NCBI GenBank assembly: GCA_029762535.1
Contig: JARVGK010000041.1
Coordinates: forward strand, 1-26,306
Direction: 5' to 3'
Source: Thermoplasmatota archaeon
GTDB taxonomy: Archaea; Thermoplasmatota; Penumbrarchaeia; Penumbrarchaeales; Penumbrarchaeaceae
Length of the DNA: 26,306 nt
How positions within the stretch are numbered: position 1 is the stretch's first letter; each line of letters starts with the position of its first letter. The notes beneath the pieces were generated by a model that saw only the letters and a program-made list of their open reading frames with translations, searched no databases and was not told where the DNA came from. This document shows, one piece after another, positions 1 through 8,004 of this stretch. Made by a program: the position numbers and the translations under genes.

Positions 1-2
1 TT

Positions 3-314
3 GGTGTATGGAGGATCCACCTGGGAATATGAGGCGTATTCCTCGCCACCGAAGTAATCGTTGTCCTCGTCGGCATCGGTGGGGTCCCTCGGGTTCATCC
101 CGTTCTCGACCTCCCAACCGTCCGGGAGCCCGTCGCCATCGGTGTCCCAGTTGTTGGGATCCGTCCCTGCGGCGAACTCCTCCCTGTTGTTCAGTCCATC
201 ATTGTCGGGATCCTGGTCCCAGTCGTTCTTGTCCAGGGGGTTCAACGCATTAACGAAGCCGAAGATACCCGCGAGGCCAAGGATGCAAGCGATCACAAGC
301 GCCAATTGTCTCAT
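3..314 (-). CDS. Secreted/surface protein with thrombospondin type-3-like (bacterial TSP3) Ca-binding repeats; N-terminal part only, 3' end runs off the window
   Basis: Not in the ORF track; translated by hand from ATG 314: [23 protein letters not shown] (signal peptide) then [63 protein letters not shown] at 321-326 (minus strand). Confidence 0.85.
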   Translation of the reverse strand, partial: MRQLALVIACILGLAGIFGFVNALNPLDKNDWDQDPDNDGLNNREEFAAGTDPNNWDTDGDGLPDGWEVENGMNPRDPTDADEDNDYFGGEEYASYSQVDPPYT

Positions 315-357
315 TATCTTACCTCCTATTATCAGCTAATGGACATTCAGCTTTGAT

Positions 358-373
358 AGTATATAAGGTTTTT
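358..373 (-). promoter_or_regulatory. BRE/TATA promoter of the TSP3-repeat gene
   Basis: Minus strand AAAAACC-TTATATAC about 45 nt upstream of ATG 314. Confidence 0.6.
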
Positions 374-413
374 GTGACGTTGACTGAATGGCCCTGTGCC
401 TGACAAGGTAATG

Positions 414-752
414 TCATATGTTCTGCAGAGGGTTCCAGGCCATTCTGATGGTGCTGTCATCGCTGTCCAGTTCAAGGGTCACCCTCAGTTCGTTGTTGTA
501 GAACTGAACGTAAAGACCTTTTACGAGAGATCTGTATCTTGTGACCCTCTTCCCGTAAGGCATCAGTATGCGATCGTTATCCTTGATCAATCCAGCGTTC
601 TCGAGCTCCTTGATCTTCTTGTATATGCCGGCCAGAGGTGAGTTCAATTCCTCGGAGAGCTCCTGGGCCGAGCATGGCCTTCTCTGCGTGAGAGATATTA
701 TCCTTAGCGCCTGAAGATCGGATAGGACCTTTGATGTTTCCATTGCGTTCAT
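414..752 (-). CDS. Winged helix-turn-helix (ArsR-like) transcriptional regulator
   Basis: ALRIISLT..RPCSAQELSEELNSPLAGIYKKIKELENAGLI plus wing GKRVTRYRS. Start placed at MNAMETSK (752), which follows a GGGGGT SD. Confidence 0.8.
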   Translation of the reverse strand: MNAMETSKVLSDLQALRIISLTQRRPCSAQELSEELNSPLAGIYKKIKELENAGLIKDNDRILMPYGKRVTRYRSLVKGLYVQFYNNELRVTLELDSDDSTIRMAWNPLQNI

Positions 753-779
753 ATGCTTACCCCCTTGAGGTATGTGCAT

Positions 780-885
780 ATATGTTGATAGTTGTTTATA
801 AATGTTGTGATATAAACATATATATAAATATTTATATTGTTTAAAAATATATATTTTTATAGTATAAACGTGATATTATGGCCAC
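780..885. promoter_or_regulatory. Very AT-rich divergent promoter region with three inverted repeats
   Basis: TGTTTATA-N10-TATAAACA (793-818), perfect palindromes ATATAAATATTTATAT (822-837) and TAAAAATATATATTTTTA (842-859); several TATA-like words on both strands. Confidence 0.6.
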
Positions 886-1389
886 TTGAATGAGAAAAAA
901 AGAGCTGATGAAGGTTTCATCTGCGATCACATGCTAATAAAAATGGCCAGGTGGCTAAGGATAATGGGTATAGATGTAATAGTCCCCCAAGTCGAGGACG
1001 ACGACCAGATTTTCGAGATCGCCCGCTCAACGGGCAGGATCCTACTAACAAGGGATAAGGAGCTCTCTCTCAGACGGGGGATCAAGGCAGAGAGGATCAT
1101 ATCCGATACATTGAAGGCACAACTTCGTCAATTCCTTCTGGCTTTCGAGGGCATAGAAGGGATGATGCATGGATCGAGATGTCCTCTGTGCAACGGAGTT
1201 CTAAATGTAGTGAGCATCGATGATCTGGACACGGAGATGGCCCATCGGATCCCTGAAAGGGTCCTTGATCACAACTCAAGGTTCTACGTGTGCCAATGCG
1301 GTAAGATATATTGGGAGGGCACTCATTGGTCAAGGATAAACGTATTTTTAAGTGAGATAGGTGTCACGCCCGAACTCCCATCCCACTGA
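886..1389 (+). CDS. Mut7-C RNase domain protein (PIN-like fold with Zn ribbon)
   Basis: FICDHML..MARWLRIMGID, ILLTRDKEL, RCPLCNG, FYVCQCGKIYWEGTHW match the Mut7-C pattern. TTG start. Confidence 0.9.
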   Translation: MNEKKRADEGFICDHMLIKMARWLRIMGIDVIVPQVEDDDQIFEIARSTGRILLTRDKELSLRRGIKAERIISDTLKAQLRQFLLAFEGIEGMMHGSRCPLCNGVLNVVSIDDLDTEMAHRIPERVLDHNSRFYVCQCGKIYWEGTHWSRINVFLSEIGVTPELPSH

Positions 1390-1451
1390 CCGCAACATAC
1401 AATTACTATCTTATCATAAAGTCGTATAAAAGTCGATGGATCGGATAACCG

Positions 1452-2219
1452 ATGATGCTTGACCGGGATACATATGAGGAGATCTACAGGCAGCTGAACG
1501 ATCACGAGGATATTGAGAGGCTCTCACGCAAGTACAGGAAGATGGACAAGGAATTGTTCCTTGTCCTCTACACTCAAAAGATGTCAAGAAAGGTGATCGA
1601 GAACTACCACAGGATCAAAAACAAGGCCTCATGGTATTCGAAGCAGTGGAGGAGTGGCCAATCGTTCATTGAGATCTCGAAAAAGATAGATTTTCCCCCT
1701 GTCATGACCGCTTTCATAATACTAACGGATCAGGGAACAGGGAAGAGGACCTTCAGGAAGATGTTGAACGATCCGAATTCGATTCAGGATAGAAGGTTGA
1801 AGATAGAGATAGCAGAGGCGAGGGCGGCCGATCCCATTTATTCCCCTGAAGGAAGCCAGGTTCAGACAATGAGGGGAATATGGGGCGAGGATATTATGAG
1901 GAAGTGGTTGGACGAGAGGGGACTGAGATACAAAAGGGAAGAGGATCTTAGGGGGGAAGGGCGAAAAACGCCGGATTTCTTGATGGAGTATCCATTGTTC
2001 TATCGTGGTGAAGAGGTGAATTGGATCGAATCGAAGGCATCTTTCGGAGACGAGCGTGAAGTTAGAAAGAACATCAACAAGCAGCTAATTCATTACCGCA
2101 ATATCTTTGGCCCAGGCATGGTGATATATTGGTTCGGAATGATCGATAACCTTCCTATCGTTGATGGTATCCAGATCCAGAGCTCGGAGGTCCTTCAAGA
2201 CCGCTGGGACCTTTCCTGA
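1452..2219 (+). CDS. C15orf41/CDIN1-family (TPD domain) PD-(D/E)xK nuclease
   Basis: GRKTPDFL and VNWIESKASFGD, then QLIHYRNIFGPGMVIYWFG, the signature of the C15orf41/TPD family; helical N-terminal region. Confidence 0.88.
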   Translation: MMLDRDTYEEIYRQLNDHEDIERLSRKYRKMDKELFLVLYTQKMSRKVIENYHRIKNKASWYSKQWRSGQSFIEISKKIDFPPVMTAFIILTDQGTGKRTFRKMLNDPNSIQDRRLKIEIAEARAADPIYSPEGSQVQTMRGIWGEDIMRKWLDERGLRYKREEDLRGEGRKTPDFLMEYPLFYRGEEVNWIESKASFGDEREVRKNINKQLIHYRNIFGPGMVIYWFGMIDNLPIVDGIQIQSSEVLQDRWDLS

Positions 2220-2779
2220 ACCGAAGGAAAGCTTTCCAGTAAGAATTCACGCACTCCTTCTATTGTCCTTGAACGGTGCAGGATGAGCCCCTCATATTCA
2301 AGTGAAGATCTCCCCTTCCAGGTCTTGATGATTTCAAGCATTCTATCGCTCTTTGCGAACGATGAGGATATCCTCTTGATCTCGTCCTCGCCCTTATCAT
2401 AAATGCACAGGATCGTTCCTGTTTCATCGAAAGCCCTGAAGCAGTACCAGAATATGGGGGAGAATATCTCCGGCTCATCATCTCCTGCGATGAGGGATAC
2501 GTCCTGAACGGGATCGTATCCGATGACCCTAACGAGCCTTGGATCCTCTTTCAGGGGATTGCATCCTTTTGAAGTTATATAGAAACCATCGATGCATCTA
2601 ATAGCCATGGAAAGTGTCGCGTCTCCGATGGTTCTTGAGGACCTGATATGTGTGAACATGTCATGTAATCTATCCTCGAGCAGCGGTTCTACAGGCCTGA
2701 AGGCGACATGTACGGCCTTGTTCCTTCTGGCAAGAGGCCCGACATCAGGCGTTGGTCCACACATTACACGTTCCTTCAT
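2195..2779 (-). CDS. Hypothetical protein, probable degenerate class II aldolase/adducin fold
   Basis: Start at MKERV (2779), 8 nt after the nrdJ stop, SD GAGGA. SMAIRCIDGFYITSKG resembles GNxSxR..xFxITPSG; EPEIFSPIFWYCFRAF..GTILCIY aligns to PSSE..HxxIY..AIIHxH without the His ligands. Confidence 0.55.
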   Translation of the reverse strand: MKERVMCGPTPDVGPLARRNKAVHVAFRPVEPLLEDRLHDMFTHIRSSRTIGDATLSMAIRCIDGFYITSKGCNPLKEDPRLVRVIGYDPVQDVSLIAGDDEPEIFSPIFWYCFRAFDETGTILCIYDKGEDEIKRISSSFAKSDRMLEIIKTWKGRSSLEYEGLILHRSRTIEGVREFLLESFPSVQERSQRS

Positions 2780-2787
2780 GATAGTCC

Positions 2788-5076
2788 TCATGAGCATTTG
2801 GAATAGTAGCACGAATGGCATATTGAGCATCCGTCCTGATACACCAGCGAGTTTCCGCATTCGGGGCACACTCCTACGACCATGGTCTCAGAGGAGTTCT
2901 CCTGATGATCTTTCGAGCCATCCCTGGAGTAGAAGTCTAAAGAGGGGGATGTTGTCCTCTCCTCCTCGATCGAAGGGGATTTTCCTTCCAGGTATCTTTC
3001 CAGCGCCTTTCCCATCGCATCAGGACATGATAGTATCGATTCTTCGCCCATACCCACAGGGCCCTGTTTGGGATTGGGACACCTTATAGCCTTCAGCTGT
3101 TTGACAATTAGCCACGGGTCTATACCCGACCTCATGGATAGGGATGTCATTCTGGCGATGGCCTCTATCTGAGCTGCCGCACATCCCCCACCTTTGCCTA
3201 AATTCGCGAACATCTCGAAGGGACCAAGCTTATCGGCATTGATAGTCACATACAGGGCGCCGCATCCCGTTTCGACCCTGCCGGTAACTCCGTGAATGAT
3301 GCTGGGCCTTGCCCTGGGTCTCACCGTACCCGTGTCCATACCCGTTTTCTTTTTCTTGATGGTCGAGAGGACCTGTTCTTCCCTGCTGCCGTCCCTGTAG
3401 ATCGTGACACCCTTGCATCCCAGATCATAGGCCATTGTATAGACCTTCTTGACATCCTCCATCGTCGTATCGTGCGGGAAGTTCACGGTCTTTGAAACGG
3501 CATTGTCCGTATGTCCCTGAAAGGCTGCCTGCATTCGCACGTGCCACTCCGGTGTGACGTCGTGTGAGGTCGCGAACGTTCTTTGAAACCTTTCAGGAAC
3601 ATTTAGAACTCCCCTTGCCGTACCTTTCTCCATTATCCGCTCAAGAAGTGGTTCAGAATAGAAACCTTCTCTTTGGGCGGTCTCCTTGAACATGGTATGG
3701 ACCTCCACCAGGTTCGCCTTGTCAAGCACGTTCCTTTTGAACGCGAGGGCGAATAGAGGTTCTATTCCGGAGGATACCCCCGCTATAATGGATATGGTCC
3801 CCGTCGGTGCTATTGTAGTGGTCGTAGCGTTCCTCAAGGGGGGATCTCCTCTCGCTTTGTATATGGACCTATCGAAGTTCGGGAAGGCGCCTCTGGTCTT
3901 TGCAAGCTCAGCGGAGGCTTTTTTAGACTCGAGGTCCACAAAGCTTATCACATTCTCCGCGAGCTTGACCGCATCGTTGGAATCGTAGGGTATCTCCAAG
4001 GAGAACAGCAGGTCCGCCCAACCCATGATCCCAAGGCCGATCTTTCGATTGGCCCTTGTCATGTCCGAGATCTCTTTTAGGGGGTAGTTGTTCTTATCGA
4101 TGACGTTGTCCAGGAAATGGACGGAAGACCATATTATCCTCTTTAATTTTTCCCAATCGACCGCGCCATCCTCTCCTACTGCCTTAAGGAGGTTGATCGA
4201 TCCGAGATTGCAGGATTCGAACGGAAGCAGTGGTTGCTCCCCGCAGGGATTGGTCGATTCGATATCACCGATCTCAGGGGTGGGGTTCGACTTGTTGATG
4301 CGATCAATAAAAACTATACCTGGCTCTCCATTCTTGTGCGCCTGTTTCACAATCAGATCGAAGATCTCAGGAGCGGATTCGGACCCTGCCTTGGTGTTGC
4401 ACCTAGGGTTGATGAGATCGTAATCCGTCTGCTTCATCAATGCATCCATGAAGGCGTCCGTTATCGCTACGGAGATGTTGAAGTTGTTGAGTTTCCTGTT
4501 GTCGTCTTTGGATAGGATGAAATCACGGATGTCCGGATGGTCCACCCGGAGGATCGCCATGTTCGCCCCCCTCCTGGTACCCCCCTGCTTGATGACGTCG
4601 GTCGCCGAATCGAAGACCTGCATGAAGGAGATGGGGCCTGATGAGACGCCCTTCGTTGACTTCACGAGATCGTTCTTGGGTCTGATCTTCGAAAAGGAAA
4701 ACCCGGTTCCACCTCCCGATTTATGGATCAAAGCGGTCTGTTTCACCGTTTCGAAGATCCCTTCAAGGGAATCCTCTATAGGAAGCACGAAGCAGGCGGA
4801 AAGCTGCTGCAGCTCCCTTCCCGCATTCATGAGCGTCGGGGAATTAGGCAGGAATTCGAGGTTGGCCATCATATTATTGAATTCATCGGTCACCCTCGAT
4901 ACGTTCGCCTCCTGATCATATATCAGGTCAGCGCTGGCGATGTTGCTTGCAACCCTCAGGAACATCTCGGAGGGAGTTTCTATCAACTGACCCTCATCAT
5001 CCTTTTTAAGATACCTCTTCTTCAGTACTGTCAAAGCGTTATCCGATAGTATCGGTTCGGTATGTTCTGCTTCCAT
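2788..5076 (-). CDS. nrdJ: Class II (adenosylcobalamin-dependent) ribonucleotide reductase with C-terminal TSCPD-like domain and Zn ribbon
   Basis: FLPNSPTLMNAG..QLSACFV, KQGGTRRGANM, TNPCGEQPL, ESCNLGS, TIAPTGTIS, SKTVN, KGVTIYRDGSR; C-terminal SCPDA and CPECG..CHSCYYSKC. Start MEAEH (5076) after GGGTGGT SD. No ATP cone or intein seen. Confidence 0.96.
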   Translation of the reverse strand: MEAEHTEPILSDNALTVLKKRYLKKDDEGQLIETPSEMFLRVASNIASADLIYDQEANVSRVTDEFNNMMANLEFLPNSPTLMNAGRELQQLSACFVLPIEDSLEGIFETVKQTALIHKSGGGTGFSFSKIRPKNDLVKSTKGVSSGPISFMQVFDSATDVIKQGGTRRGANMAILRVDHPDIRDFILSKDDNRKLNNFNISVAITDAFMDALMKQTDYDLINPRCNTKAGSESAPEIFDLIVKQAHKNGEPGIVFIDRINKSNPTPEIGDIESTNPCGEQPLLPFESCNLGSINLLKAVGEDGAVDWEKLKRIIWSSVHFLDNVIDKNNYPLKEISDMTRANRKIGLGIMGWADLLFSLEIPYDSNDAVKLAENVISFVDLESKKASAELAKTRGAFPNFDRSIYKARGDPPLRNATTTTIAPTGTISIIAGVSSGIEPLFALAFKRNVLDKANLVEVHTMFKETAQREGFYSEPLLERIMEKGTARGVLNVPERFQRTFATSHDVTPEWHVRMQAAFQGHTDNAVSKTVNFPHDTTMEDVKKVYTMAYDLGCKGVTIYRDGSREEQVLSTIKKKKTGMDTGTVRPRARPSIIHGVTGRVETGCGALYVTINADKLGPFEMFANLGKGGGCAAAQIEAIARMTSLSMRSGIDPWLIVKQLKAIRCPNPKQGPVGMGEESILSCPDAMGKALERYLEGKSPSIEEERTTSPSLDFYSRDGSKDHQENSSETMVVGVCPECGNSLVYQDGCSICHSCYYSKCS

Positions 5077-5237
5077 TTTAAGACCACCCGTTGATGAGGA
5101 AGACTGTATCGGGTCGATTCGCCCCCGGCCCCTGAGGCGGCCTTTCACCGATAGACCGTCCCCGGAAGAAAAGTGCTACCCTTTCAACTGCCCCTTGTAG
5201 GTAAGGAAACACCATCTAAGTATCGATTATTAAATTA
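5077..5237 (-). promoter_or_regulatory. nrdJ promoter and ~125-nt GC-rich, probably structured 5' leader
   Basis: TATA-like TTTAATAA near 5228-5235 (minus); downstream complementary blocks GGGGAC..TATCGG / CCGATA..GTCTTC, CGCCTC / GGGGCG and GTTGA / TCAAC. Confidence 0.45.
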
Positions 5238-5373
5238 ACCATGAGATGACCGTAAGTATTTCCATGTTCCATCGGTCCTTATCGGATCAACAGATTCATC
5301 GTACTACAGAACTAGATAAAAATCATTTAATAGTTGTTCAAGGAGTGAGGAGAACGAACAATGGTGCGTCCCA

Positions 5374-7806
5374 ATGTTCCCTATGCACGAAAGGAAGAAG
5401 ACCAAGTTCGTCGGCCGTAGCGATGAATTCCAGAATATGGAAGGCCTGATCAAAGAGGTAAGATCGGGTAGGGGAAAGCTTGTGATGGTCGAGGGAGAGG
5501 CAGGAATAGGGAAGACCAGGTTCACTGAGGAGATCCTGCAAACCGAACTGTTCAGCGGTTTCACCATGCTAAAAGGTAGATGTCTATATTTCAAAGATAC
5601 GGATATATACCTTCCTTTCAAGGAGATGTTCAATCAATACACCGAGATCAATCGGGGAAGGTATGATGATCATATCGCTCCATTCCGCGACGAGGAGCGG
5701 GAGAACAGCACAGGTATGGAATCGGCTCTTATCAAGGAAGAAGAGTTCCTTCCTATGTCCCTTATACCCGCCGAGACGGAAACCGATGAGTTGAGGGAGG
5801 AGATGCCTGTAGAAGGCTTGATGAGATATGATAAACTGTCCCAGTTCATTTTCAACCTATCATCGGAATCGCCGGTATGCCTGTTAATAGACGATCTTCA
5901 TTGGGCTGATCCTCCATCCCTTCAGCTGCTCTATTATCTTGCAAGAAGGATCGAGAACGAGAAGATATTCATCGTCTGCACATACAGGCCAGAGGACCTC
6001 TTTTGGGGCGGAGATAACACACATCCGTTGGCAGAATCGTTGAAGAGGTTCCAGAGGGACCGCCTCTTCACTCCGATAAAGCTGAGCAGGTTAGGAAGCA
6101 ATGAGACCAATGAGATAATCAAATCCATCCTCCAGGTCAACGAGGTTCCAGCTAACTTCTCATCCCTCATTTATGCCAAGACACAGGGCAATCCATTTTT
6201 CATCGAGGAGGTCCTATATTCCATCATCGAAAGAGGACTGGTCGAGGTTTCCAACGTGGATTCCCTCAAGAACATACAGATCGACAACATCTCTCTGCCA
6301 TCGAATCTCAAGGATGTCATTCAACGAAGGGTCCACTGGCTCAAGCCGGTATCTATAAAGGTGATAAGGTTCGCATCCGTTTCGGGTACGAGGATCAATT
6401 TCGACATAATAAAGGAAGGTTTGGAACTAAAGGATGAGGATATCATAGAGGCCCTGGAGGAGTTGACCTACGCTAAGTTCATACTTGAGCGTGGTGATGA
6501 TGAGTATTACGAATTCGAGAACCCGGTCATACAAGAGGTCATATACTCCGAACTCAATCAGAGCCGGCGCCGCTATCTCCATACGAAGATGGCCAAGGTT
6601 CTCGAAAGCCGTTTCTCCGAGGACACCAACCAGTGGGCCAATATTGCCATGCATTACTACAAAGGCAAGGAGTTCGAAAAAGCCCTGGACTATCTGACCA
6701 AGGCTGCTTCCTTCTATCAGGGACTTGCCCCCCAGAGGGCATTGGAATACCTTCACCTTGTGCTTGATTGCATCGATAAGCTACCTCAATCCGATGCCAT
6801 CAAAGCCAAGAACATGGAGGTGCTCATGGATATCTCGAATCTCTGCTTGCAGGTCGGAGACATGGGACGTTCTCTCGAATTCGCGGAGAAGGCCTTGAAC
6901 CTTGCATCTGTCCTCAAGGATGTCCGCACCTCGACGAGGTCAAAACTGAACATTGCTGACATATTGAGACATCGGGGGGAGTTCGATATGTCCCTCAGGT
7001 ATTATGAGGATGCAATAAAAATGGCACAGGTAGAGAACAATAACGAGGGTATTGCCCATTCCTACATGGGGATCGGATACATACACTGGAGGAGGGGAGA
7101 CTACGCATCATCGTTGGAGATGCTCTCCAAATCTCTACAGTATGCCAAGTATGAGAACAACCTCAGGACCATCGGAAAGCTCTACCTTTACATTGGCGAC
7201 CTGTTTCGGACACGGGGGGATCTGGAAAAATCTGTGGATTACTACAAACGGGGCGTAAAGCATCTGGAAACCATCGGTGATTCGCTCAACGTATCCAGGG
7301 GCCTATCCAATATCTCAAGGTCCCAGTTGGAGATGGGTGAGAGCGAGCAGGCGCTGGAAAGCATCGAACGTGCCCTCGAAAAAGCCAAGGAAAAGGGGAG
7401 GCCCGATCATCATCCGCCCAATATAGAGGCGTTGAGATTGATGAATAGCCTCGGGAGACTCAAAGAAGCGAAGCATTACTACGAGATATTGATGGACTCG
7501 ATCCATTCAGAAGATGAGAAGACGTCCTTCGCATCCGCCATGATGCTCATAGGTGAGACCCATTCCCTCGAAGGAGATACCAACTCCTCCGAGGAGGCCA
7601 TCACAAAGGCGATCAACATATTCTCTTCATTGAATATGCCTTACGATCTTGCTTTGGCCAAGATGCTGTTGGCCGATAATCATGCCCGCGCCGGTGAGGT
7701 CAAGAAGGCAAGAACGCATCTTGAGGAATCGGCCGAACTATTCCGCAGGATCGGCGCGAAGAGCCAGTTGGCATCGGCCGAGAGGAGATCGTCCGAGATA
7801 TCTTAA
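5374..7806 (+). CDS. STAND-type (AAA_16-like) P-loop ATPase with C-terminal TPR array
   Basis: FVGRSDE, Walker A GEAGIGKT, Walker B LLIDDLHWAD, CTYR, TQGNPFFIEE, YEFENPVIQEVIY, then many TPR helices (e.g. AHSYMGIGYIHWRRGDYASSLEML). Confidence 0.92.
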   Translation: MFPMHERKKTKFVGRSDEFQNMEGLIKEVRSGRGKLVMVEGEAGIGKTRFTEEILQTELFSGFTMLKGRCLYFKDTDIYLPFKEMFNQYTEINRGRYDDHIAPFRDEERENSTGMESALIKEEEFLPMSLIPAETETDELREEMPVEGLMRYDKLSQFIFNLSSESPVCLLIDDLHWADPPSLQLLYYLARRIENEKIFIVCTYRPEDLFWGGDNTHPLAESLKRFQRDRLFTPIKLSRLGSNETNEIIKSILQVNEVPANFSSLIYAKTQGNPFFIEEVLYSIIERGLVEVSNVDSLKNIQIDNISLPSNLKDVIQRRVHWLKPVSIKVIRFASVSGTRINFDIIKEGLELKDEDIIEALEELTYAKFILERGDDEYYEFENPVIQEVIYSELNQSRRRYLHTKMAKVLESRFSEDTNQWANIAMHYYKGKEFEKALDYLTKAASFYQGLAPQRALEYLHLVLDCIDKLPQSDAIKAKNMEVLMDISNLCLQVGDMGRSLEFAEKALNLASVLKDVRTSTRSKLNIADILRHRGEFDMSLRYYEDAIKMAQVENNNEGIAHSYMGIGYIHWRRGDYASSLEMLSKSLQYAKYENNLRTIGKLYLYIGDLFRTRGDLEKSVDYYKRGVKHLETIGDSLNVSRGLSNISRSQLEMGESEQALESIERALEKAKEKGRPDHHPPNIEALRLMNSLGRLKEAKHYYEILMDSIHSEDEKTSFASAMMLIGETHSLEGDTNSSEEAITKAINIFSSLNMPYDLALAKMLLADNHARAGEVKKARTHLEESAELFRRIGAKSQLASAERRSSEIS

Positions 7807-7843
7807 CCAAATCATATCGCAATTTTCTAACATGATAAAAGTT

Positions 7844-7865
7844 AAAGCGCCGGGGGCCTGATTTG
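7844..7865 (-). repeat. Direct-repeat copy of the tRNA-Ser 3' end (att-like)
   Basis: Plus strand AAAGCGCCGGGGGCCTGATTTG versus AAAGCGCCGGGGGCCGGATTTG at 8001-8022; 21/22 identical. Confidence 0.85.
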
Positions 7866-7915
7866 CCTTCGAAAGATCTCAAATGATCCGATCATCTAGC
7901 CCACGATTTTCCAGG

Positions 7916-7960
7916 TCTTGGGTTGTATGTTGACGATGGAACGATCCCCCCAACCCAAGA
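7916..7960. repeat. Perfect 10-bp inverted repeat with 25-nt loop
   Basis: TCTTGGGTTG (7916-7925) and CAACCCAAGA (7951-7960). Confidence 0.8.
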
Positions 7961-7966
7961 AACCGA

Positions 7967-7984
7967 GGTTCGAACCCGGCCCCC
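7967..7984 (+). repeat. Inverted copy of the tRNA-Ser T-arm/acceptor segment
   Basis: GGTTCGAACCCGGCCCCC versus tRNA GGTTCAAATCCGGCCCCC (reverse complement of 8009-8026); 16/18 identical. Confidence 0.75.
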
Positions 7985-8004
7985 TTCTGATGATAATATA
8001 AAAG

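Noticed and set aside
8-339. Plus-strand ORFs 8..253 and 61..339
   Set aside because: Antisense shadows of the minus-strand TSP3-repeat gene, which has the SD, signal peptide and motifs.
1416-1435. Short direct repeat ATAAAGTCG / ATAAAAGTCG
   Set aside because: Only two short copies; more simply read as a TATA-containing promoter for the downstream gene.
5077-5205. Canonical cobalamin riboswitch before nrdJ
   Set aside because: Conserved elements such as GGGAA..GGUG.AA.UCC and the GCCACUG/B12 box were not found; kept only as an unknown structured leader.
5207-5223. AAACACCATCTAAGTAT as an NrdR box upstream of nrdJ
   Set aside because: Several core positions mismatch the NrdR consensus, there is no tandem second box and no nrdR in view.
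7852-7987. tmRNA-like or pseudo-tRNA gene on the plus strand (GGGGGCC...GGTTCGAACCCGGCCCCC)
   Set aside because: T-stem and acceptor do not form in the correct register, there is no CCA, and tmRNA is not known in archaea; better explained as tRNA-derived repeats.
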